Made by a program: the position numbers and the translations under genes. 64,000 nucleotides of DNA from Ramazzottius varieornatus (lineage: Eukaryota > Animalia > Tardigrada). Below the pieces are notes generated by a model, which worked only from the letters and a program-made list of their open reading frames with translations, was not told the DNA's origin and searched no databases. This document shows, in pieces, positions 36,604-48,414 of this stretch. The number at the start of each line of letters is the position of its first letter. Position 1 is the stretch's first letter. The stretch spans positions 2,601,826 through 2,665,825 of the forward strand of contig BDGG01000002.1 in assembly GCA_001949185.1 (NCBI GenBank), given 5' to 3'.

Positions 36604-39600
36604 TCAGTGTAGCAGAGGAAAATGGACATCGCCATCCTCATCTTCTACTGGAGGTGGTGACCGCTCGCGCATGACATCTGCGTACCCGGAGTGCGGGCTT
36701 TCAGGAATGGCGACCAGTGGTACGGTGAATGACACTCGTTTTTGCACTACCACATTCAGACACAACGTCTCCGTCCCGTTACTGGAGTCGAATCTTTTCG
36801 ATATTGACCATCCCCGTAGGCGTTGAGATATCGCATTAACACGCATCTGGTTACCACTGGGGGGGGGGGGGGGGTACAGCTGCTTCCCGANNNNNNNNNN
36901 NNNNNNNNNNNNNNNNNNNNNNNNNNNNNNNNNNNNNNNNACGGGGGGGGGGGGGGGGTTACAGCTGCTTCCCGAGGTTCGCCGGTCTCCACTCCTGAAT
37001 CCGTACTTGAAAAATGACCAGATAACCGAACGGAGGCGTTCGTTCATTAAAGCGTAGACTACCGGATTGTAGACGGCGCTGGTTTTACAGAAGAGGACAG
37101 GAAGAGCATTACTGTAGGGCGTAACCAGGCTTTGGTCACCCCAAATCCCGATGAGTGCCACCACCGTGTAGGGACCCCATGCTAGCACGAAGAGGACTAC
37201 AATGATAGCACAGGTCGTAGCAGCCTTTACATCGTTGTCTTGGATGACTTGCCGTTGCTCCAAACTCTTTTCAGAATAAACTAAAGGGATAATTCGCAAA
37301 TTTAACGAAAAACACTCGAGAAAACTTGAATGCCTACTAAGGGCTTTGAGGTATTGAGAAGGATTGCACTCACTGCCGGTTAGAGTGGCACTGTTTCTGG
37401 TATCGTCTCTTACTCCGCAAACGTTGATCGACTGGTTTGAATTTAACACAATTTCGCCCAATCTCGGTGAACTGTGAACGCGTACAAAGCCCGCGGTGTT
37501 CATGACTTGACGATGGCGGACCACATAGCGGATGATGCGAACGTAGCAGACGAAGATGACGATGAGTGGCAAGAAGAAGCCAAGTACTGTCAGGTATAGG
37601 ACATAGGCCTTTTCGACCGGCTCCTGGGTCAGCCAGTCGAAGGAACAGCTAGTCTGAATACCTTCGATGACGTACCGGGACCACCCGAATAGCGGCGGGA
37701 TAATCAGGGTGAATGCAATCACCCACAAAGCGGCGATCCAGCGGAAGACTCGGGCGTAAGAAAGATGCCAAGTGGCCCATCTCGTGATGGCGTAGTAACG
37801 GTCGATCGAGATGCTGGTCATGGTTAGGATGCTTAGAAGGCCGAAGAAGCCGCCTGACACCACATAATAGTCGCAACCTGGACAAAGACCAGTTTCATCA
37901 GCAGATTCATTAGTGGACTGGCTCCAGCTGAATGCACTGTAGGACAAAAAGGTCTACCAAGTTGCCCAAACACCCATTTGGTTTTGAAGGAACTAATGGC
38001 GAAAAGAGGGAATGCGAAGAAGTTGAGTCCAAAGTCCGCAAAGGCCAGATTGGCAACGAGCATGTTGGAAGGCGATCGCAGTGATGAGCTCCTGTAAACA
38101 GGGAGGGATAATGAAACACTTAATTTTTTTTGACGCAGTTTGTGCTTGAGGCTTAAACATGCATGTAAACGAAGAACACCATAGTAAGCGCACCGGCAGC
38201 GTAGGAATTTGGAATAAATGCCGTTATGATGTCGCTGCATTTTTTCGTACTCGTACTCGTACTTTGAACAAAAATTAGCACCGGTGCAAACCGGCATGCT
38301 GTGAAAATTATTTCAAAAATTATGACCAGCGTTTCAAACGCCTTGCGTTAGTCCGCCACCCGTAATTCCTTATTTAATAAGCATTATGATACTTTCAAGA
38401 CCTGGAGGACCATACCAACCCTCCAGCATTTCCAAACGACAATAGCCCATTGAAATTCTAGCCCAACGTGGTCCTGAATCACTTGAGCACTCCACTGAAA
38501 AGAATGTGACGTATTCCCATGAGTCGTTAAGGTCGCTGCTCCGACGGTTTCCCGGACACGCGATTCTAGCCCAACGTGGTCCTGAATCACTTGAGCACTC
38601 CACTGAAAAGAATGTGACGTATTCCCATGAGTCGTTAAGGTCGCTGCTCCGACGGTTTCCCGGACACGCGAGACATGTTCGAAGACCATAACTCGCTCAG
38701 AGACTTCTGGCCGCGGTATTACCGAAGGCCTAATCAAATTAATCTACATGGCAGGGTAAACAACAAGAGTCAACTTGAATTTCTATCCCAAGTCATTGAA
38801 ATCGGAAATTGGATGAGCTGTGCGTACACGTCAGTCTTGCGTGTGTCTCGGTATTACGACAGTTGTGCGGAAGTCATCCAATTAAATTTGGGACCTCCGG
38901 GAAAATATCTTTCCAAGGTCTTTTTCTCCACCTCCATTACTCGGCACGGAAGCCAGATCGGCGGATGTTTGGGCTACCTATCGAGATCTGTTATGACTGT
39001 GTTCACTGGCCACAAATGTCCGGAAAAGTTTCGAAATTCATCAGATAGTCAAGGAAACAATTTTGTGGACGTTCTTAACGCAGAAAAGGGTCTTTATTGC
39101 TGTGAACCGGACTTATTCTATGAAACGGAGGACTTCAGAGATACTGTGTCTTTGAAACATCAAGAAAAACGTGGTTTTGAAAAAAGTTTTTTTGATATCT
39201 TCAAGGGAGAAAATCTTAGATGCCCTTCTGTCGAGATGGGATGGATCTCGGGTACTAAAAACACGTATTCGTATTAAAAGTACTGAAAAAAATTTTCGCA
39301 AATTATTGAGCAATAATGCAGATTTCAGCAGAATCCGGCTGGTGGTCTAACAAGGCGCCGCGAGCTCATGGTTTATAATTAAGCTCAGGTAGCCAGGACA
39401 TCCGCCAATCTGATTCCGTGACGAATACTAGGTACAAAATACCCGTAGGACAAACGATTTTCTGGAGGTTACTTTTGTCGCACTTAGAATGGCCTTTCGG
39501 ACACATTGACTGTATTTGTTTGGTCCGGAGAAAACCGATAGGCGTAGCCAGACCTACTATACTGTAGTTCCCGCGCTCGAAATGTGTAGTCTGTCTAGGC

Positions 39601-40598
39601 GATATCAATTCGCGGTATGCCATAAGAACCATACCGTCACGTTACAGCCTGACAGGTGCAAGCCTAGCATGCTATAACATAGCATTACATAGGCCTTCGA
39701 GACAGCGAATCAACTGATGAATTCGCGAGTGGACCGCTTGTCCAGAGACGGCAAGCAGAACGGGCAAAACGTTTTGAATTCACAAAACTGAAACCGTTTT
39801 CTTCGTCTACACGCACGACGAGGAATTAAGGGCCAGTAAAAATTATGGGACAGGCCTTTTCGCTACGGCGGTACGGAAGCATGGACGTGCGCCACTGATA
39901 TTCACAGTGACACACTTCTCGACACTTTTCTACGTTTGGTTTCCATTTTGCCGTCTTTTCCGCCGGGCCCATGATTTCTCGACGTGCATGTACACATTTC
40001 GAGCGCGGGGACTGTACAAGCAGCTGCAACCCCAGGCCATTTCCGCAACCCCCGTGTCTGCGCCGTGACTGATCTCCTGGCGTACCAATTTATAAATTTA
40101 CTAGTCGGGGACGTAACACTCTTGAAAGCATCAACTTTCGCGCAACCAATGTTGCTTTGCTTTACCATAAGAGCAGTGGTCGTCTGCAAGCTGCCCGGTC
40201 GTGCAGTTTATGGAAAGGAATTCCTTACCCTATGAAAGCGAGAAGAAGCACCGAATTGCCGATGGTTCCCGAGAGAGCGACGATTATTACGTAGACTCCC
40301 GTTGCCATATGCATCTGTAAAGAAAGCGGGTAATTCAACAGTAGACTTGATCATGACCTCGGGAGTGCACCGCACGCAAGACAGCACTCAAAAGTCCCAC
40401 ACGTGTCCGCCACGTTGTTTTCGGATGTTCGGGCAAAAATCACTTTCGAACTCCTTGTCTTACCCAGGGAGGAGCCGGTAAATCGCCATTCTCATAAAAC
40501 TGGTTCCAGTGAGGATGGTCGTACGATGACAGAGTTCTCGAATGATTAGCCATCGGTATTCTTTGGTTCGCGAGCGACCGGCTATCGTTGGCAGCCAT
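36604..40598 (-). CDS. Opsin, rhabdomeric-type but divergent; about 5 exons with an intron of about 2.1 kb
   Basis: Exon 1 ...DHPHWNQF...APPW|gtaag; exon 2 MHMATGVYVIIVALSGTIGNSVLLLAF (~40314-40229); exon 3 LRSPSNMLVANLAFADF...WVFGQLG; then CDYY, IDRY, GWSRYVIEGIQTSCSFDW, AWGPY, and retinal-binding Lys in LFCKTSAVYNPVVY. Confidence 0.92.
38455..38670. repeat. Perfect 108-bp tandem duplication inside the opsin intron
   Basis: ATTCTAGCCCAACG...CCCGGACACGCG at 38455-38562 and again at 38563-38670. Confidence 0.95.
39808..39972. repeat. Interspersed repeat, copy B (see 1771-1929)
   Basis: Shares the CAGGCCTTTTCGCTAC core and its flanks with 1771-1929. Confidence 0.75.
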
Positions 40599-42520
40599 AT
40601 CAAAGCAAAGCGGGAGATGACGAGCAGGAGATCCCGCAATAAAGTTCGATGAGTCTACATCGTCCTTTTGAATCTGATAAGAAATGCTGAACTGGTGCCC
40701 GGAAATGATGCATCGATCCTTTCCACCACTGAAACTTCGCAATATGCACATACACAGACGTCGTTATTGTATTTATTCGCGTAACTGATAATACGAACCA
40801 GAACGCTCTCAGTTAAGGTAAGCGGGACCTTCTGATACTGCCGTATAACCTGGAGCGGAAGAATCTAAGCATTTATTAACCAAGCACGATCCTAATTGGC
40901 TCCACGTAACCTAAGTGGACATTTCGCGTACTTCTATTGAGCGTATCACTGGTAACGTGTGTGAATTACGCACGTCCTGTCTTGTGACAAAGTACGGAAT
41001 CCACAAACACGCACCGCCGCGGAGCCGCAGTAACATCAGAGAGCTGGATATCCTGGTCGCCGGTAGCGAGGTTGAGTTCTACGTGCGTGAAACTGTCACG
41101 ATTTCCTTTTCGATTGGGCATTATTGTGCAACGAGGGACATGCGAGATTCAAAGCGGAATGCGACCCAGCCGTCAGTGTTTATTTCCGTTACGATATGAG
41201 CTTCAAGCTTGATGAGTAGTTAGGGCTATCAGCAAGTACTGTCCGTAGACAAGAAGACCATCCGTAAGGTAGAGCAGAAGCAAAAGGGGAACAGTCCGTG
41301 CCAGCTTCGGCTGCTTCCAGAATCGGTGAGCAGGCCACAAACGGGCCGTCGGCGGGTCGAGCTCGTTGGGGAACGCTCGGGCGGTAGTCGGTGAACCGAA
41401 AACAAGAAAATGCGGAGTCGGTGGCTTTTCCCGGGAGTGAAAAGCTGGAAAAAGAGGGCGGCACATCGAGAATCACGATTGGTAACCCAATAATCCTGCT
41501 CACAATGGGCTGTAAAAGTTAGTAGATTACGTTGGTTTAAAAAGTGAATTGCCTAGTTTCGGTTTCTAAATAAGCAGCCTTCGAGCAGCTTATTTAGAAA
41601 GCAAAACCCGATTATCTCCTGCACACTTGACTTGAAACTTCAAATTTTCGTTACTCTATTGGTTTCCGTTCCCACTGTGATTTACATGGCGGGATACCTG
41701 TTCTTGGTCGGGTTTCTTCATACATCATGGGTTTCTTACCATCGTCTGGGATATTGGGAATGAAGATTAGCAAGAAAGAAAGTCTGGAGTTTCAGCCGCG
41801 TCACGAAGCAAAGTTTGCTTACAAACTACCCTCGAAGCTCTCGCATTTCCGTTGTGTTCGAAGTTCTCAGATCTTGTTTCAATCACGACCAATTCTAGTT
41901 GATCAAGGAAGTTCAAATTTCAAATCAACTGGTTCCCAGGCAAACAGCCCGTCGTGAGGAGGTTTAACGAAAGATTCCCTGTGCGTTTGAAGTTACCAGC
42001 CACGAGTCTGGACGAGAGAACACAGGACACAAGTTAGCCTCGCAAGAGCAGCAAAAACGTTCGGGAACCTACGTACAGTACAGTCATGCCTTCAGGACGG
42101 CTCCAATACCGCGGACAAGCTTTCACGGCCTTTTCGCTCTTACCGTTCGGCAAATCTTTCGACCTCACTACATAGATGTACCGTAACGCGAAAAAAACTC
42201 GCTTTCGCATCGTTTACAGAAGCCATAAGAGTTTGACAATTTGTACACTCTTGATCAAAAAATAGTAGAATTCTCACAGCCAGGCGGTACAAAGGGGACA
42301 ACGGCATACAACGTCGCGGCCAAAGTCGCGTTTTCATCGGATAGCCATGCACGATCATCTACCTGCCGCATCTACCTTTCAGGGCATCGCGGAAACTTTG
42401 ACCGTTATTAACAGCAGGCAACACAAGGGGTCACAGATTAGACTCAGCGTTTAAAGAACTAAGATTCTGTTATAAACTTTGAAAGTATATTCTGCCCCCA
42501 TATAAACATGAGTTCGAGAC

Positions 42521-43504
42521 GGACTTCCCTGCTCTTACGTACAAGAGGCAGCTTCTTGTACACGATGAAGGGATGAACGACACAGACTATCATGACAGGA
42601 GTGTCGACGTCGAACACGAGAACGGTCGTAATGTAGTCGAATATGGGAGACGCTACGGTTATGGTTCGATTACACCTCTCTTCAGAAGTCTGAAAATGCT
42701 CTCATGCGGAAATTGCTGCGAGCTATCTTATACCTCGGCTCTTTTCTGATCGTCCGTCATGATCTAGGTCTGACCACCAATTTCCTGACTCCGACGAGAG
42801 ATCATATCGGAGCCCTGGAATTGACTTTATATGGCTCGTCGGAATTTAGGAAACCCAGAAATGAGTCGTGTGATGACGAAAGCGATTACACGGCAGAGTA
42901 ATCGGTTAGTTGCTGTATAGAGCAACGTGACTAGGGAGCCAGCAAGTTCGGGTATATCACATCTCCTTGCAATGGCAAGAAATTGACGAACAGAAAATGG
43001 ATTCGGAAAATGATTAATTCCAGAAACTGAACCTTCTGAAATTTAGAGTGATTTTTCCAAAATGGATGCCATCCAGAAAATGGCAATTTCAGACATCCGG
43101 CGAAAACTTTAATTGAACCTTGACCTTGCGAAAAATTTCGGTACGATACGGGCCACGCTACGGCCCATAAACGGTTGAGGGCGATGGGTAAACAGCGTTG
43201 TTGCATGCAGAACCACCAATGTGGTAAAAATACCGAACGGCGATGCAGAAAGATAGTGTTGGGCAACGGCCCGGGCAGAACTCGTTGACGGTTTTGAACA
43301 CGTAAAGAACGGAAGCGAAGGACAAACTAGCGAAACAAAGGTTGCGATTCGGACAGCGCCGACTTTGTAAAAGAGGAACAGGACAAGAAAGTTGAGGGGT
43401 ACGGCCAGGAGACAGATCAGCAGGTTGAAGGTAGACCAGAAAGCCCAAACTGTGCCTTAAGGAAGTATGATGTTGGACGAACTCAGGGTTGAATTGTTGG
43501 TTCG
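42521..43504 (-). pseudogene. Class A GPCR pseudogene fragment (TM1-TM3 and TM5)
   Basis: Switching frames gives NNST...P*GTVWAFWSTFNLLICLLAVPLNFLVLFLF (TM1) / NLCFASLSF...FCIAVRYFYH (TM2-3) / IALNRLWAVAWPVSYRN (DRY-equivalent) and TVLVFDVDTPVMIVCVVHPFIVYKK (TM5-like). Confidence 0.65.
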
Positions 43505-43850
43505 ACTGAAAGCAAAACTTCACTTGTCCTCATGCGGACGTCTGGGGAAATCCCATGAAGAAGTGGTAAAGCTGAGCTGGCTTATGGAACATAATGCTGA
43601 CCTAACCTTCGTCCTGACTTTTGAGTTGGGTTTGGTCATATTATTCGGTTCGTGTAAATCGAGTCACTTACAGTCGAAGTACCCACTTAGAAAAGCTTTC
43701 CGTCGGGTAGAATATGGTTAGAAAGAGACAAAAGGGGCAGATCTTCATGGCTCTCACCGGCACACCGACCATCTGCAGTGAATAGTTTCTGATACGACTC
43801 AAGTAATTGGGTCGCTATCATTACCAGCATATCTGCTCGAAGAGTAAAGG

Positions 43851-44183
43851 TACAAGGGGACAGTTGTTGAATTAGCCGCCCCTTTCTGCAGTTGTGGAGT
43901 TAGAGACTACTGCGGGGTGCATCGCATGATTGGGCAATTGATTATGGGTTTACAATAGGCTCTTTAACATGGGATTTGGCCTTTCCTAGAGTTGTCGACC
44001 GCGTAGATCTTTTAAAGCATTACTTTGATCGCAATTGATACCATTCATCAGTCCGTTATTTTATCTACCGCTCTATACGAAAACGTTCGGGATTCGGGAA
44101 TGAGCCAGGTAGAGCACACGAAGACAGGTGGTCAACTCAACAATGAAATATGGGGTGGCTAACTCAATTACCGTTCCCTCGTA
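43851..44183. mobile_element. TACGAGGG-family MITE, degenerate, just 3' of MARS2
   Basis: TACAAGGGGACAGTTGTTGAATTAGCCGCCCC ... GGGGTGGCTAACTCAATTACCGTTCCCTCGTA. Confidence 0.7.
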
Positions 44184-44247
44184 TATACTTACCCGATATG
44201 AACATAAGTATTCTGCGGATGCCGAAAGAAGACCAGCTTGTGTGGAA

Positions 44248-46518
44248 TTACGATGGCTTTAATCGTTTCGCACCGGCACTTGCTTCGCTATTGTCAATGA
44301 TTCGTTCAAACAACGTCACTTTGGCATCATCAAGAGAAATTTCGTTTGCGTGGTCGCTCAACAGCTCATCCAACGTCCGGCCATCAGTTTTTCCGGAAGC
44401 ACCCAGTTTACTCAACAACACTCCACAAATATCCGGTATAACTGGACTTAACAACAATCCAGACACTTTCAAAGCATACAGTGCTACAAACAAAACGTGT
44501 TGGAGCTTTTCTTTATCGGCTTCCGCCTTCGACTTTGCCAGTGTCCACGGCGCCAGGTTCTGTACGAGAACGTTGGTCTGCCGAAGGACGTCCATGACGG
44601 CAGTGATGGCTTTGTAGACGGAGTAGTCGTCGTAGTACTCTTCGACAGTAGCCGGAAGTGAGTCGATGTTGTAGAGGAGCTCAAGACCTTCTTCACCGAT
44701 GGTGCGGGATAGGTCGGAGGGGGCTGGGCGGACTGGGATGGTTTGGGCGGCGTTGACAGCTTTGGAGGTGCAGCGACCTAGAAGGTTGCCGAACGTGTTG
44801 GCTAGTTCGGCGTTGAGATACGTGACCAACTTCTCGTCGGAATAATCTGCAAGATTCAGGAAGAAAGACCTGAATACAGGACAAAACTGAGCATGCAAGA
44901 CTTCCAAAACAAATCATTCATCCAAGTCGCGCATACTTCCGGCCAATAACAAGCAAATGTGCGCTACTTGGGGGTGACAATCTGGTTCAATTCATTGCCC
45001 ACGTCTCATCCAGGATAGGTTGATACGTATTGCATACTTACTGGAGTCAGAATGCGGGACTCCTTCGCGCATCAGGAAGTACCGAAAGCCATCCGACGTG
45101 AACCTTTCCATTCGGTCGAAGGGATCGACCACGTTGCCGAGACTTTTCGACATTTTCTGGTGATTAACCAGCCAATGCGAATGACACAGAATTTCTCTTG
45201 GAGGCTCCAGTCCCAAACCCATCAGGAAAGCCGGCCAGTACACAGCATGAAATCTGCAACAGAGGAAGCAGTCGAACTGAAGACAAATTACTGCGTAGGT
45301 AAACTCAGTATATATCCGAGAGACGCTCCGAAAACATTTACGCACTTGAGTATATCTTTACCAATGATCTGGACATTCGCTGGCCAAAACTGATTGACCC
45401 TATCCATGTCCGGATATCCACAAGCCGTCAAGTAAGTCATCAAGGCATCCAACCAGACATAAATTATTTGCTTACCTGTCAAGGAAAATGCAAAAACTGA
45501 ATTGACAAGCTGAAAACGCAGACTAATTGAAAGTCGACGAATGGTCTGGCTCAGATCGCTTACTCAGGTGGCGCACCTTCCCGGAGCAATGGGCAGAGAG
45601 TGCGCGCCACTCGACAAAGCGACCTGGGTGAATTCATTTGCCCACGTCGTAGGTTGTTGAGAAAAATATTCCTCACTGTCATTTGGCACTTGTATCCCCC
45701 ACTTCAGCCTCTGACTCGATCTCGAAACGGACAGATCGGACAGCGGTCCTTCTTCCAGCCAATTCAGCGCAATCTGGTTGAACAGCCCCGGTTTCACCGG
45801 AGTTCGCTCCACCAACCATCTCTTTATCCTTTCATGAAAATCACTCAAACGGAACAAGTAATTTTCCTCTTCCATCCATTCCACCTTATGCCCACTCTCA
45901 GCTGACACCAATACGTCATCCACTGTCTTCAGCTGCGAAGGCGACAAGAATGTCTCATCAGCTGTCGAATACCATCCGGCATAACTCCCCTTGTAGATTA
46001 AGCCTCCATTCTGTAACGTCGTCCATGCATGTCGGACGGCAGTTTCGTGGCGTTCCTCGGTCGTCCGGACAAAGCTGTTGCAAGAGATGTTAGCCAGCTT
46101 GAAGAGTTGCCGGAATTTAAGGCTGTTCTCATCGCAGAATAGTCGTACGTCCTTGTGGTGAGCTGCGGCGGATTGCTGGATTTTGAGCCCGTGCTCGTCG
46201 GTGCCACCGACGAGGAGTGTGGCACAAGATGGACCGTACTTCAAACGGTGCCACCGATGGAGAACATCGGAGACGAGGGCGGAATAGAGATGTCCCACAT
46301 GGGGAGCTGGAAAAACACAAAAGTCATGAGTATTAACATCCATTTCTATTATAGAACAGCACGTGACATCATTGCATGGCTGGCAAATCCATGCTAGATC
46401 GTGACGTCATGCACCATGTTGACTGGATACAAGGCAATCGAGTTACTCCACATCTGTCAAGCTTACCTGCATTGACGTAGAATATCGGTACGGTGAGTGT
46501 AAGTCTCGGAAGTGCCAT
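44248..46518 (-). CDS. MARS2: Methionyl-tRNA synthetase, mitochondrial type, about 5 exons
   Basis: PIFYVNA|APHVGHLYS (HIGH), [45 protein letters not shown]|[32 protein letters not shown]. Confidence 0.93.
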
Positions 46519-46921
46519 CCACCAACATCCAAAGGACCGCTCCTGTCTCCTGTTAGATCTGACAGGGAGTGGACGGACATCGACGATTGTCCCCAGAGCA
46601 ATATGATTGAAGGGGAAGAAGACGAGTGCGAGTCAAAGCCTCAAGATCCACCGCAAGCTACATCAAAAAGCAGTCAATCAGCTTTACGATTGATTGCTGC
46701 TCGGTTCCAGTTCTTGATTGACGAAGAGATACGTGGCTTTCGAAAGATAGCTCGTTCCAGTCGACGTTTGTCGATCTCAAACATTTTCGAAGACCAGAAT
46801 AGTCACCAGTCTCACCGCATCCTTTTCATTTGGATCTTCTTGTTGTTGTTTGCGGTCTGTTTTATCTTGGCCACGGACATAAACGTTCTTCGTTGTCGAA
46901 AACGTCACCGTCTGTTGCACA

Positions 46922-48414
46922 ATGCGAGCCCTCATAGGCACCTTCTCGGCCAAGAGATGCTTGCAGCTGTTCCTGTCCGTGCATCTCATTGCTTTCCTCA
47001 GTATTTTCCTGCTCAATAACTTGATCTCTTTTGATGCGGTGGAATGTGCATCCGGATCGGGCTCGAATAAGCTGGACATTGTGTATGCTGTGAACTGTGG
47101 AGGCGAGGAGCATGTCGACGAGCACGGGGTTCCGTACCAACCGTAAGTGAGGTGTTCAGACTGGATGACGCATATTCGGTCCAGTTGTACATGCTGTACT
47201 GCGCCATCCGATCAAAACAGTACGGAATCGATTCAACTTGCGCACTGGCGGGGTGATTTAATCAGTGCGTCTGCTTCAGACTCCCGTGCTCTCCGCAAGC
47301 CAGCAGACGAGAAACAGTTTTTAAGTTTGATCGACTTGCGTACTTCGCCGTTTGTTTAACACTCTGCATGCGCCACTCACTACCCCTGTCTTTCAGTGAT
47401 CCTTCCGTGGATGGGCAAGCCTCCGATTATGGTCTTCGATGGCCTTCGATCGCCAACGCGCATCCTGATGACCAGATCCTCTACCAGACCGAACGATACT
47501 CCGACAGCACTTTCGGCTACAATATTCCGCTTCCAAAGAGCACAAAGGCCGTCAACTACGTTCTTGTTTTAAAGGTACCAGCTACCATCGAAACTTTGGT
47601 CATGCATCGCTTTGGATCAAAGACTCACTTCCGGTTTCTTCATGTAGTTTGCCGAGGTTTACTTCAACCAAGCAGGTATGAAAGTCTTTGACGTACTGCT
47701 CAATGGTGACCACCTCATCGTCGATGGATTGGATATTTTCGAGAGGTCCGGCGGACGAGCAGCTGCCTACGACGTCCACATCCCTTTCAAAGTAACCGGT
47801 AACAAACTGGTCATGATCAATACCGGCGAAGAATCAGACATTTCCGGCACCAGTCTGCGTCTCGACTTCGTTAAGGTGAGCCTGAGTCTTTCTTCACACT
47901 AAGCCCTTCCTACAAGCTTTGAATTATATTTAGACATCTCAAGACAATCCAAAGTGCAATGCGTTCTATATCGCACGAGGAACTCTTGCTGGTAAGTAAA
48001 CTTACCCTGTTACCAGATGGCGCATGCAACTGTATCCGTACGCCACTGACGTTTTACTCGATTTTCTTTTGTCAGTTGGCGCACTTTGGCCTTGTTTCCG
48101 CACTTGATGAGCGCCACTTGTCTTTATTAGCTTAATTCTGTTATGCTCACCTGCTTTCTTCTTCTATAGATATTCCCAAGTTTGAAATGAAGCAGCAAAA
48201 GCCTCCTCAAGACGAAGAAGAGGACGAATACCGCAGTGAGCAGTCCCCGATGGATCAGCCGTTGGTTGACGACTGGCAAGCTCCAGACTTCGGGGACTTT
48301 CCTCCAGCTTTACCTGAGGACGAGATAGATGTCGGACTTGCCAAGTATTACCCTCTTATTGCAGTTTTCGTTTTTATCACTCTTTTAACTTTGTTCATGT
48401 TTAAAATGGCCTGA
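46922..48414 (+). CDS. MLEC: Malectin (ER Glc2-N-glycan lectin), about 5 exons
   Basis: N-terminal hydrophobic segment, [26 protein letters not shown]|[22 protein letters not shown], acidic stretch and C-terminal TM. Confidence 0.93.

Noticed and set aside
36859-36975. Apparent duplicated poly-Pro segment in the opsin C-terminal tail
   Set aside because: The same poly-G plus TACAGCTGCTTCCCGA flanks both sides of the N-gap; most likely an unmerged contig overlap at a homopolymer.
38455-38670. CRISPR-like or other array
   Set aside because: Two adjacent copies with no spacers, in a eukaryotic intron.
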